IMG/VR virus record: IMGVR_UViG_3300010355_000588
Direction: 5' to 3' (one strand)
DNA: 64,000 nt
From: a virus
Lineage: Duplodnaviria > Caudoviricetes
Numbering within the stretch: the stretch's first letter is position 1; the number at the start of each line of letters is the position of its first letter. Under the pieces are notes generated by a model, which worked only from the letters and a program-made list of their open reading frames with translations, was not told the DNA's origin and did no database searches. This document shows, piece after piece, positions 1-8,792 of this stretch. Both the position numbers and the translations under genes were made by a program.

Positions 1-214
1 CTTTAGTTCTAGACCATTTTTCTGGATTCTCTAAAATGGTCTTGCGCAGACGTTCTGGCTGATGGTCATTCTCATGAGTATAATACCAGTTTGGAGCGAA
101 TCCCTTCTTGAAGAACCAACTGAAGCCAAATGTGTTCTGATTTTTTAGATAATTCCATTCGTTCTCGGTTATTTCGTTTATGGACGGCCCAGTACCCAAC
201 ACGTACGTCTTCAC
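1..214 (-). CDS. Partial CDS (runs off window); DUF115/MptE-like or sialyltransferase-like glycosyltransferase N-terminus
   Basis: Not in ORF track. GGAG RBS, GTG at 214; translates MKTYVLGTGPSINEITENEW... with a VLGxGPS motif. Confidence 0.5.
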   Translation of the reverse strand, partial: MKTYVLGTGPSINEITENEWNYLKNQNTFGFSWFFKKGFAPNWYYTHENDHQPERLRKTILENPEKWSRTK

Positions 215-223
215 AGTTAACTC

Positions 224-754
224 CTATAGATCGCTGAAGTGTTGCTTTTTTCCTTCTGGTATATTTTTCAAAAACTGTCTATAGAACGCGACAAACTCGG
301 CACGTTCCATAAGCGTTTTCAAAGGTATGTAGCCTACTATCGCGTAAGTATCCAAGCTAACCATGCGATAGTCAAGGTTGAATATGTCGAAGGTGATGAC
401 TAATCCCCGAGACCGATACCATTCTGGGCCACGCCTGGACTTTGGCCGCTGGGGGTTGAACCAGGGGTTGGAATTCGAACTGAATAGAAATGGCCAATTC
501 GAAGTACAGAGCATTCTACGCCAATAGGAGCCATGGCCAGGCTCGCGGTTCTTCTTAAAGTATGGTGGCAATATTCTACGCCTGAATTTGACCTCGACTA
601 CGTTCAGGTGAAAGAACTGATCCAAGACATTCCGATTCCTGAGCAAAGCAGCTTCAGGAGGAGCGTTTTCTAATAGAATAACTGGTCGTTTTAGTGGTAC
701 TGCTCCTGCCATATGATTATCTATCGAAGAGGGCCATCGCCTTCTTCCTCCCAT
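224..754 (-). CDS. Phage SH3-like beta-barrel (DUF2693/WYL-like) protein, paralogue 1
   Basis: VEVKFRRR...RRMLCTSNW...ITFDIFNLDYRMVSLD pattern; paralogous to 717..1286; real start probably MAGAV. Confidence 0.45.
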   Translation of the reverse strand: MGGRRRWPSSIDNHMAGAVPLKRPVILLENAPPEAALLRNRNVLDQFFHLNVVEVKFRRRILPPYFKKNREPGHGSYWRRMLCTSNWPFLFSSNSNPWFNPQRPKSRRGPEWYRSRGLVITFDIFNLDYRMVSLDTYAIVGYIPLKTLMERAEFVAFYRQFLKNIPEGKKQHFSDL

Positions 755-1286
755 TTTTTTTCAAGAATCCTTCGTAGTATTTCAGAAACTTTTCCTTGTC
801 TTCAGAAGAACCTAACGGATATACAGCAACCACTTCGTAGTCATCCATTGAAATCATGCGCCAATTCTGACGGATTAGATCATGGACGATGATTAGCTTC
901 CTATCAGAATACCAACGTTTAGATCTAGGTTGGATGCCACTCGGTGGTCTGAATTTGAATTCTTTAGCATTGTCAGCCATATATTGCCAGTTGGCTGAGC
1001 AAAGCATTCGCCTGCTCGGCATTCCCTGGCCTGGCTTTCTGGTAGCGAATGGAATGGGCCATATCCTTCTAGTAAAGACCACTTCAATGACGTTTTCTGA
1101 AGACAACTTTCTTATTTCATCCTGAGAGAACTTCTTTAGGGCGCGTTTGCTTCTAATGAACAATGGATTGGTTTTTTCGTCGTCATATTTGGCAGCCGAT
1201 ACATCAGCCGCTCCTACGTCGAGCTTCTTTCTAGTATCTTTGTCGAACTTAGGAAACGAAAAGTTGTTTGAGTCTTTCTTCGCCAT
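717..1286 (-). CDS. Phage SH3-like beta-barrel (DUF2693/WYL-like) protein, paralogue 2
   Basis: IEVVFTRR...RRMLCSANW...IVHDLIRQNWRMISMD. Confidence 0.45.
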   Translation of the reverse strand: MAKKDSNNFSFPKFDKDTRKKLDVGAADVSAAKYDDEKTNPLFIRSKRALKKFSQDEIRKLSSENVIEVVFTRRIWPIPFATRKPGQGMPSRRMLCSANWQYMADNAKEFKFRPPSGIQPRSKRWYSDRKLIIVHDLIRQNWRMISMDDYEVVAVYPLGSSEDKEKFLKYYEGFLKKNGRKKAMALFDR

Positions 1287-1575
1287 CGTAGTCGTTTAGA
1301 ATGTTTCTTATCTGGTTTAAGATAACCAGCGCACTTTCAGTCTTTACCGTGATACGATATCCATTCTTATCATAGAAATGGTACTCAGCATCCTCAGGCG
1401 TCATGAAACAATGGATCGTGATGACCTTCTCGCCTTCAGATACATCGATGCCCCACTTTGGGGACGGATCAAACGACGAAACATCGACATTCTTATTTAT
1501 GGTTACCCTATTCTTTAGCGAGTCTTTGATTCGTTTGCAAAAGTAACTTTTCGTATATAGATGGTTCTTAGACAT
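1249..1575 (-). CDS. Hypothetical protein
   Basis: 108-aa ORF with RBS, in operon. Confidence 0.6.
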   Translation of the reverse strand: MSKNHLYTKSYFCKRIKDSLKNRVTINKNVDVSSFDPSPKWGIDVSEGEKVITIHCFMTPEDAEYHFYDKNGYRITVKTESALVILNQIRNILNDYDGEERLKQLFVS

Positions 1576-1600
1576 GGTCCCTTGCCTTGGTTAGTTTAAG

Positions 1601-1642
1601 AAAAAGGCGAGCACGCTAAGGAGATAGAAAACGTGCCCGCCC
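1601..1642 (-). terminator. Intrinsic terminator after the clamp gene
   Basis: Minus strand GGCGGGCACG...CGTGCTCGCC followed by TTTTT. Confidence 0.65.
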
Positions 1643-1666
1643 AAGAAAGGAAAGAAGCGATATTAT

Positions 1667-2431
1667 TTATCCTTTTACGATGCTCGAAATCATCACGAGC
1701 GAAATGTCGCAGTCGGCCGTTTCAGAGGTGGATTCGATTTTCAACACCTTCTTGTCAGTATATGACACTTTGATAATTGAAGTCGGAATCACCTTGAACA
1801 GTTCGAAGTGCTTGAGCAACACGCAGACTCCTTGGCTGACAGTTCCTTCGATCTCGTCGCTAATAGGAATGCCTACTGAATTCGTATATTGTTCAAGCTT
1901 GTTGTCGACTTCGGCAATGATCTTCTTTCCATCGTCAGATAGCGACAGATATACTTTGGCATCCTGGTTGTTGACGATATTGAAGCATTGGATAACCTGC
2001 TTGATGGATTCAGCAGTCACGTTGAACGTATAGATAGTTTCAAGCGAAGACTTGAGTTTAGTTGACACGAACTGAGCAACTACATCTTCCTTGACCGTCT
2101 TCAGCTTGAACTTCACATCGCCTTTATATGAGATAAAGGTTCCGTTGAAGTCAAGATCCACTTCGTCGAGCGCCTCGATGGAAGCAATTAGATTAATGGA
2201 TTTCTTGAGCTTGCTGAGATCCTGGAAACAAAATTCGACAAGGTCCTCAGCTACGATTCCATCGGTCTTGAAGAACGCACGGATGCCTTGGTCTTCGGTA
2301 ATGAGATTGACCTCTGTGGATTCCGGACCTACGACAAATTTGCATCCTTCGCTGTTACCCCCAGCGATCTTCATCAGACAGCTGAGGAATTCCGAGAATC
2401 CACTTACGCTTTTGACTTGCAGTTTTGACAT
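1667..2431 (-). CDS. Probable DNA polymerase sliding clamp (gp45/PCNA-like)
   Basis: 254 aa, acidic, alternating beta/alpha two-domain pattern; lies near gp32 and clamp loader (fold and context inference). Confidence 0.6.
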   Translation of the reverse strand: MSKLQVKSVSGFSEFLSCLMKIAGGNSEGCKFVVGPESTEVNLITEDQGIRAFFKTDGIVAEDLVEFCFQDLSKLKKSINLIASIEALDEVDLDFNGTFISYKGDVKFKLKTVKEDVVAQFVSTKLKSSLETIYTFNVTAESIKQVIQCFNIVNNQDAKVYLSLSDDGKKIIAEVDNKLEQYTNSVGIPISDEIEGTVSQGVCVLLKHFELFKVIPTSIIKVSYTDKKVLKIESTSETADCDISLVMISSIVKG

Positions 2432-2449
2432 GTTTAAGGTCTCCTTAGA

Positions 2450-3511
2450 TTATTTGAAGAGCGAATCGACGTCAAAATCGTCGATAGTGGTGTCGGCAGC
2501 AGTCGGCTCTTCTGCTTGCTTTGATGGTGTCTTTGCTTCCTTCTTGGATTCTTTCTTAGATTCCTTCTTGGGTTCTTCTTTAGCGGGCATCATGTCTTCA
2601 TTCGTATCGTCGACGATCGGAGATTCTTCCGGAGCTGCTTCTTCCATTAGACGCTTCTGAATGTCTGCGGCCATCTTGTCTTCAGGAGTAGTTGGAAGAT
2701 CTGGTTCGCCACATTCCATGGAGATACAGCTTTCTACGAATTCATTGAGTTCTTCAGCACTGGATTCGGTATAGAAGTCCTTGTCGAAGTTGAGTTCGTT
2801 GACAGCCTTCTGTACTTCATCTTGGGTGAGAGGAATCTTCGTAGCCTGGCGGGCGAAACTGGTAGAATATTTGTTGTATTCGTCGTTTTGTTGGGTAGTG
2901 GAAATGATGAGATCGAATCCCTTTTCCAACTTGAACGCGTCTACGCCAATGACATCCACATCTTCATCCTTCTTGTCGCCCTTCTTCTTGTCCATGACAA
3001 TGCCATAGATATACTTCTTCAGATCACTTGCGACTGACCATCCAAACTTGAGAATCTTGACAGTTCCTTCGTTGGTTGGAGTGGTCGGATCCTTAATGAC
3101 GTAGACAAGTGCATATCCTTCCATCTGACGTTTGAAGCTTTCATAAAGTTCTTTTGAAGTCTTCGAACCAGTCTTTTCGAAGTCCTTGTAATAGGCAGAG
3201 GTCTTCTTGCAGATGGGGCAACGGCTGAAACCGGCCTTGTCGAGAAGATATTCCGAAGTCGGGCAGACCACGGAGAATCGCTTGCGAGCTGCTTCGTCGA
3301 AGTGCTTGTGGACATAACGAAGGAAGAACGGAACGCGGCGCTTGGAGCCATCTTGGATTGCGAACAGGAGACGGAACTTGTAGGTAGCATTGCCTTTTTT
3401 GAAGCGAACGATGCGTTGGTCTCCGAACATAGCTGCCGTATCAGCGCGCTTTTCTACGAGTTCGGTTTCTTTCTGGAGGCTTTCTTCGAAGAGTTTGTTG
3501 AGATCTAGCAT
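2450..3511 (-). CDS. Single-stranded DNA-binding protein (T4 gp32-like)
   Basis: H...CPT...CPIC zinc site, VYVIKDP...NEGTVKI, acidic tail DDFDVDSLFK. Confidence 0.88.
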   Translation of the reverse strand: MLDLNKLFEESLQKETELVEKRADTAAMFGDQRIVRFKKGNATYKFRLLFAIQDGSKRRVPFFLRYVHKHFDEAARKRFSVVCPTSEYLLDKAGFSRCPICKKTSAYYKDFEKTGSKTSKELYESFKRQMEGYALVYVIKDPTTPTNEGTVKILKFGWSVASDLKKYIYGIVMDKKKGDKKDEDVDVIGVDAFKLEKGFDLIISTTQQNDEYNKYSTSFARQATKIPLTQDEVQKAVNELNFDKDFYTESSAEELNEFVESCISMECGEPDLPTTPEDKMAADIQKRLMEEAAPEESPIVDDTNEDMMPAKEEPKKESKKESKKEAKTPSKQAEEPTAADTTIDDFDVDSLFK

Positions 3512-3611
3512 TGTCTTAATCCTTCTGGTTTTGGTTCTTGTTTGTTCTCAGTATTCTTGAAATTCTAGACGTTCTAACTTGTATTATTATTTATGTTACA
3601 AGGTACCTCCT

Positions 3612-3809
3612 TCATTTGTCATATACGGTCAATTTAACACGTTTTACTTCCAATTTTGGCACAGATTTAGATGAAACAAATCCTAGATTGTCATCTAGGT
3701 GCTCCATGGCGGCATCTTTTGTATTGAAAACCATAATATGGTCGCCATATAGACACTCAGCAATCAAGTCATCTTCGGTAACCACGTAATATTCTCTGTC
3801 GTTCTTCAT
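3612..3809 (-). CDS. Hypothetical protein
   Basis: 65-aa ORF, ATGA-coupled to clamp loader. Confidence 0.55.
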   Translation of the reverse strand: MKNDREYYVVTEDDLIAECLYGDHIMVFNTKDAAMEHLDDNLGFVSSKSVPKLEVKRVKLTVYDK

Positions 3810-4756
3810 AGATTCCCTTTCAGTTGTAGAAGCATCGCATAGAATTGGATTTCCTTATCGAGTGCCATAGACATGCGATATAGAAATTCTGCGATGGTGA
3901 TCTGAATCTTCGGGTCAACCTTGGCCATTTCAAGCGTATGGTCAAAGATCTTTCCAGTCAATACTTCGTAATCTCCAGAGAACTTCTGTTCGTTTTCGAT
4001 GTAGTACTTTCTAATGTCGATTGGCGCCTTTGTCTTGAGCATTCCAATGATCTCAGACACGATGGCGTCAGTGTCGTTGGTCTCCGAGATTCCGACGTTG
4101 GTCATCTCTCCAGTGTTGCACCAGAGTTCCAGAGTTCCGACGATAGTCCGAATATCTGGGAAACTTTTCTTAACCACTTGTTCGGTAAACTCTCCAAAGA
4201 CTTCCTTCCCGAACTTGATGCCTTCTGACTTCAGGATTTCGATCAACCGATGAGCAACGTCCTTGATGTTGAACTTCAGGTTGATTGGAATGCACCTGGA
4301 CTGGATTGGTTGAATGATCTTGTTCAAATAATTGCAAGTCAGAATAAATCGAGTATCGTCCTGATATTGCTCAATGACATTTCTAAGAGCGCCCATTCCA
4401 CTATTTCCAGCAGTGGCTGACGAGATCGAGTCAGCTTCGTCGAGAATGACGATCTTCGGGACGCCTGGCTCCATTGAGACTGACTGACAGAAGTCAGCTA
4501 CCTTAGATTGGATGTAGTCGACGCCGATCGCCTTAGATCCACAATGGACATATAGATGAGGAGCGCCTAGTTCGTTGACAATGGCGTTTGCCAATACTGT
4601 CTTACCTAAGCCTGGACGGCCGGCGAGGATTAGATTGGGACAGGTTTTCTTGTCGAGATAGCTTTGGATAAGCGATCTAATCTTTTCGTCAAGAATCATC
4701 TCGGCCAGCTTCTTTGGCCGAAATTTATCTACGAACAATTTAGAAATTTCTGACAT
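3806..4756 (-). CDS. Clamp loader AAA+ subunit (gp44/RFC-like)
   Basis: KFRPK, Walker A GRPGLGKT, Walker B ILDEAD, SRC motif. Confidence 0.93.
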   Translation of the reverse strand: MSEISKLFVDKFRPKKLAEMILDEKIRSLIQSYLDKKTCPNLILAGRPGLGKTVLANAIVNELGAPHLYVHCGSKAIGVDYIQSKVADFCQSVSMEPGVPKIVILDEADSISSATAGNSGMGALRNVIEQYQDDTRFILTCNYLNKIIQPIQSRCIPINLKFNIKDVAHRLIEILKSEGIKFGKEVFGEFTEQVVKKSFPDIRTIVGTLELWCNTGEMTNVGISETNDTDAIVSEIIGMLKTKAPIDIRKYYIENEQKFSGDYEVLTGKIFDHTLEMAKVDPKIQITIAEFLYRMSMALDKEIQFYAMLLQLKGNL

Positions 4757-4796
4757 GTTCTCTCCTTATTCGGTTGCCTTAGCCAATTTGACATGA

Positions 4797-6140
4797 TTAG
4801 GTGGTCCGTTTGAGGCCATGGATGCATTTTAGCGTTGGAAAGCGAAGGGAATATTGGCCATTCTGATTCTTAGTCTCTTCGAAATATTTGACGGTGATAG
4901 TCATTCCAACGATCTTAGAAGGATCGGCCTTGAATTCCCTACGCTGTTCGACAGACATGCCAGAGCCAACCGAGACACGGTTTCCCTTATGGGTGATGAA
5001 GATGTTGGTGACCACTTCTTCTTGGCGTTCTTCGGTCAACCCCTTCTCGTTCATCCCGACGATACGCATCAGACCCAGCTCGACATCTTCGACGACATAT
5101 TCAGCATCGTGGAATTTCTTAACCTTGAGCAAATCCTTCGAGCGTCCAGATTTATATGGAGCGTTCCGGCGGAGAATGAGACCTTCCCATCCCTTCTCGA
5201 TGGCCTTCAGTAGAATCTGCTGGAGTTGGTCTTCGTTGGAGATGCCGGCATGGCTGATCGGCCGGATGAAGTCAATCCCATTGACAGCATGCCGCAATGC
5301 TATGAGACGGAAGATATAGTCGACGCTTTTCGCCTTTCCATGAAATTCGTCGATGGAGAGATAATCGAAAGCAATGTAGCACGGTCGTTGAATGGTATGG
5401 TCCTTTTTTCCAATTTCTTTCATGACGTCTTGGAAGTTTTCCTTGCCATCGTCACCTTCGATACAAATCTCGCCATCTAGAACGAAGTCTCTCTTTGGAT
5501 GTTTCTTAAGGATGGCTTCCTTGAGCTTTCCGAGGGTATTGAATTCCTTGCCGCTTCTAGAGTAGAACTTCACATCGCCATCTTTGACTACAGCGATGCA
5601 CCGGCATCCATCGAGTTTTCTGAGAACAACATATTCAGTGTAGTTGATGGGTTTCTTATCGATTTTCATTCCAGATTTCCATTCGTCGGCTAAAGCTACG
5701 TCGAAGACAGGAATCAGTCCAGGATAAACTTCATTGATAAGCGCAACGCCTGTTCTAGTTTTTAGATTCCTATCAAGAATATTGTAGATCAGCTCAATAT
5801 GTTCTGGATGCTCGAGAACAAATGCGTTGACAAGGCCGATCGCCTTGTTTCCGGTGACCGTTCGTTCGTTAAGCATGTCTAGAAGAGAAAAAATGTCGAG
5901 ATTAGTGGGTCCGTCAGTCAGCATAATTTCAGGATGCTTCTTACAATTTTCTGACGTGACATTGAACTGCTTGAATGGATTATGGACATACTCCACAAGA
6001 GTGGCAAGATCTTTCGTGGCTCCGAAAAGCAAGCCCGGTTGAAGATATTTATCAAGCACCTTCTTCTTGTCTAAATTCGAATTGGATTGGTTAAGTTCAT
6101 CGCACATTTCAGCGAGTTGGTCAAGAACTTTATGTTTCAT
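4797..6140 (-). CDS. ATP-dependent DNA ligase
   Basis: KLDG adenylation motif, LDGE, EGLILR, KVK, LRFP. Confidence 0.93.
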   Translation of the reverse strand: MKHKVLDQLAEMCDELNQSNSNLDKKKVLDKYLQPGLLFGATKDLATLVEYVHNPFKQFNVTSENCKKHPEIMLTDGPTNLDIFSLLDMLNERTVTGNKAIGLVNAFVLEHPEHIELIYNILDRNLKTRTGVALINEVYPGLIPVFDVALADEWKSGMKIDKKPINYTEYVVLRKLDGCRCIAVVKDGDVKFYSRSGKEFNTLGKLKEAILKKHPKRDFVLDGEICIEGDDGKENFQDVMKEIGKKDHTIQRPCYIAFDYLSIDEFHGKAKSVDYIFRLIALRHAVNGIDFIRPISHAGISNEDQLQQILLKAIEKGWEGLILRRNAPYKSGRSKDLLKVKKFHDAEYVVEDVELGLMRIVGMNEKGLTEERQEEVVTNIFITHKGNRVSVGSGMSVEQRREFKADPSKIVGMTITVKYFEETKNQNGQYSLRFPTLKCIHGLKRTT

Positions 6141-6183
6141 CAGTGGCACCTCTACTTAGAAAATTAGTTTATCTTTTTATTTT

Positions 6184-6918
6184 TCAACACTTAATTAATT
6201 CAGCAACATTCACGCCATTATTCCGGTCTTTTTCTGTCAGTTCACATTCGTCGAGATTGCCAGAAAGTCCAGTCATATCGCCACGGATTCCAGTGACGTC
6301 GCCACGGATTTTAGTCACATCGCCACGGATTCCGGTCACATTGCCACGGATTCCGGTCACATCGCCACGGATTTCAGTCACGTCACCGTAGATTCCAGAC
6401 ATATCGCCACGGATTCCAGACACATCGCCACAAATTTTAGTCACATCGCCACAGATTACAGACACATAACCACGGATTCCAGACACATCGCCACGGATTC
6501 CAGACACATCGCCACCGATTTCGGTCACATCGCCACCGATTTCGGTCACATCGCCACGGATTTCAGTCACGTCACCGTAGATTCCAGACATATCGCCACA
6601 GATTTCAGTTACGTCGCCACTGATTTCAGTCACATCGCCACGGATTCCGGTCACATTGCCACGGATTCCAGACACATCGCCACGGATTTCAGTCACATCG
6701 CCACAGATTACAGACACATAACCACGGATTCCAGACACATCGCCACGGATTCCAGACACATCGCCACGGATTCCAGACACATCGCCACGGATTCCAGATA
6801 CATCGCCACAGATTTCAGTCACGTCACCGTAGATTCCAGACATATCGCCACAGATTCCAGAAGCATTTCCAGTAATCTTCATAGAATTCTGTTCGAGTTT
6901 TTTAATCATCTTTTTCAT
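6184..6918 (-). CDS. Heptad-repeat (G-D-V-S/T-G-I-R) protein, copy 1
   Basis: 29 tandem 7-aa units plus C-cap GNLDECELTEKDR; AAGGAG RBS; early promoter upstream. Confidence 0.8.
   Translation of the reverse strand: MKKMIKKLEQNSMKITGNASGICGDMSGIYGDVTEICGDVSGIRGDVSGIRGDVSGIRGDVSGIRGYVSVICGDVTEIRGDVSGIRGNVTGIRGDVTEISGDVTEICGDMSGIYGDVTEIRGDVTEIGGDVTEIGGDVSGIRGDVSGIRGYVSVICGDVTKICGDVSGIRGDMSGIYGDVTEIRGDVTGIRGNVTGIRGDVTKIRGDVTGIRGDMTGLSGNLDECELTEKDRNNGVNVAELIKC
6262..6870 (-). repeat. Coding 21-bp tandem repeat, about 29 units
   Basis: Plus-strand unit of the type ACACATCGCCACGGATTCCAG. Confidence 0.9.
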
Positions 6919-6951
6919 TTTCAATCTCCTTTAGTTGTTTCGGTATAATAT

Positions 6952-6980
6952 ATAATACAACCGAAAGGAGGATTTGTCAA
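6952..6980 (-). promoter_or_regulatory. Sigma70-type early promoter (cassette copy)
   Basis: TTGACA-17 nt-TATTAT. Confidence 0.8.
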
Positions 6981-7000
6981 CAGGTTGGGAGAAAAAACCT

Positions 7001-7819
7001 CTATTTTATTTTTATTTCTTCTATCCAATCAGTGCTTGTATCAATACCCACAGAAGCGTCTTCAGTGGATTCTATATGTTCTACCAACTTTTTTAGATCA
7101 ACAGTTGCTTCCTTTATAGTCGCTTCTACTTGTTTATCACTGACTACACAGCAATCAGCTGGTATCGGTCGCTTGCTATTCTTCTTCATCCGTCTATATA
7201 GAGAATACAGATGTTTATTCTTCTCATCTTTCTGGTGTTCCACCAACCAATGGGTTCCTACCTCACTAGTGCTCAGATGCTTGAAAAGAGAGTGAGCGAA
7301 GTCGTCGTTCCAATATAGATCCACTATTTCTTCCTTGGTGTTCCACTCGAATGGAAAGGTTATTTCAACTTCCTTTTTTCTGACAGAGGTTTCAGCGAAT
7401 CTAGTCAAATTTTTCCACATGTCTAAAAAAGCATCCTTGAAGTGCCAGAAGCAATCGTCTTTGACATATCCAAAAGCTACTTCGAAGAATTGCGATTTAT
7501 TTCGATACATTTCATTCATTACATAGTAGTTGACCATATAGCACCACATCTGTGGTTGAGTTAGCACATGTCCAACGTTTCCATATTCTAAATCTAAGCT
7601 ACCCACTCGACGTTCATAACCGAGCTTTTCAAAGCCATATTTTTCGTGTATCTTCGCTCGGAGTGCCTGTCTAGCTATTTGTTCAGCTGCATATTGAAGT
7701 GGGTTGTTCTTCAACTCGACGTAAATGGGGTGTACTACATAGTCAGTGTTCTTTAGATAGTGGAGAATGAGGGAGGTGCTATCGAACCCACCAGACCATG
7801 GAATAAAGACGTTGCTCAT
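7001..7819 (-). CDS. QueC-like PP-loop ATP pyrophosphatase lacking the C-terminal Zn-Cys cluster
   Basis: N-terminal WSGGFDST PP-loop, PF..TKEEI; no CxxCxxC. Confidence 0.65.
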   Translation of the reverse strand: MSNVFIPWSGGFDSTSLILHYLKNTDYVVHPIYVELKNNPLQYAAEQIARQALRAKIHEKYGFEKLGYERRVGSLDLEYGNVGHVLTQPQMWCYMVNYYVMNEMYRNKSQFFEVAFGYVKDDCFWHFKDAFLDMWKNLTRFAETSVRKKEVEITFPFEWNTKEEIVDLYWNDDFAHSLFKHLSTSEVGTHWLVEHQKDEKNKHLYSLYRRMKKNSKRPIPADCCVVSDKQVEATIKEATVDLKKLVEHIESTEDASVGIDTSTDWIEEIKIK

Positions 7820-7828
7820 CAGTAGCTC

Positions 7829-8467
7829 CTATTCTAGCAATTTGTTGAAGTTCGCTTCGAAGCGGGTACTAAAATCGTAGATGGCCTTTATGCGCACCAC
7901 CTTCGACCTGTATATCTCGTAGCTTTCGATAAAGCTATAGAAATATTCGTCAACTATGTCAAGTGGCAGATTCTTCAGAATGCATAGAATATTTGGAACT
8001 ATGGCTAAGAAGTAGGCAGATATCAGTCCAGAGTTGAAGTGGAAGGCGATTGTCGGGATAGTTTCCATGTTCCTATATAGATATCCATCGAGATCCCTTA
8101 TGCCTTCTTTCTTGCACCATTGGACGACGTTCTTGATGTTGGATAATATCAGTTCGTAGATTTTCTCATAGTCATCCATATTATTGGTCTTGTCGACAAA
8201 TCCTCTATATATCTTAAGACCTTTCAGAGACGTTAGAAGAGAAGCATCGAATCTACCCCTGTAGTGTAAGACCAGGGCGGTGATTAGAATCCGGTAGTCT
8301 AGGTTGTCATTTGTCTCAAGGCGCTTAGCAAGCTGTTCGAAGTAAGTCCAATCGGCCCGTTGCCTGGCCTTCTCGAAGTTCTTGATTGGCTTGACATGGA
8401 TCTTCTTCTCAGCATATATGGTCTGAATATGGTATTCTTCGTAGATCTGTTCTGGAGTGACGTTCAT
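7829..8467 (-). CDS. Probable helicase loader (gp59-like)
   Basis: 212 aa, basic/aromatic, RADWTYFEQLAKR segment; downstream of helicase. Confidence 0.5.
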   Translation of the reverse strand: MNVTPEQIYEEYHIQTIYAEKKIHVKPIKNFEKARQRADWTYFEQLAKRLETNDNLDYRILITALVLHYRGRFDASLLTSLKGLKIYRGFVDKTNNMDDYEKIYELILSNIKNVVQWCKKEGIRDLDGYLYRNMETIPTIAFHFNSGLISAYFLAIVPNILCILKNLPLDIVDEYFYSFIESYEIYRSKVVRIKAIYDFSTRFEANFNKLLE

Positions 8468-8470
8468 AAA

Positions 8471-8779
8471 TCAAAGACTCATTAGTTCGATGCTTGATCT
8501 CATGGATTCTACGTTGTTTATGTATTCCTTCCGGACATATCGGATAGAATGGGTGGTGAAAATCTCAGGATATAGCTTGCACAGATTGAACAAGCATGAT
8601 TCTAGTTTTTCATCCATTGCTATCATCATTGCACAAAACTCTGTCTTGTTCTTGATTATTTTAGACAGTCGCTTCTCTGGGTCGTCTCCATTTAGATATT
8701 TTCTGAGCTTCTTGTCGAAGTTTTTGGCGTCTATTTCTCTGATTAGATCGCGTTCGTGGTTATGGCCTGCTTTATACAT
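8471..8779 (-). CDS. Hypothetical protein
   Basis: 102-aa helical ORF with RBS between helicase and gp59-like gene. Confidence 0.55.
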   Translation of the reverse strand: MYKAGHNHERDLIREIDAKNFDKKLRKYLNGDDPEKRLSKIIKNKTEFCAMMIAMDEKLESCLFNLCKLYPEIFTTHSIRYVRKEYINNVESMRSSIELMSL

Positions 8780-8792
8780 GGTTATCTTCCTT

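Noticed and set aside
6262-6870. CRISPR array or DGR template in the 21-bp repeats (also about 22220-22750)
   Set aside because: No unique spacers, repeats are in-frame coding heptads, and there is no cas or reverse transcriptase gene
7001-7819. Complete 7-deazaguanine DNA modification system
   Set aside because: Only a QueC-like gene is present in the window
8471-8779. gp33 late co-activator call
   Set aside because: Size and position fit, but no sequence motif I can verify
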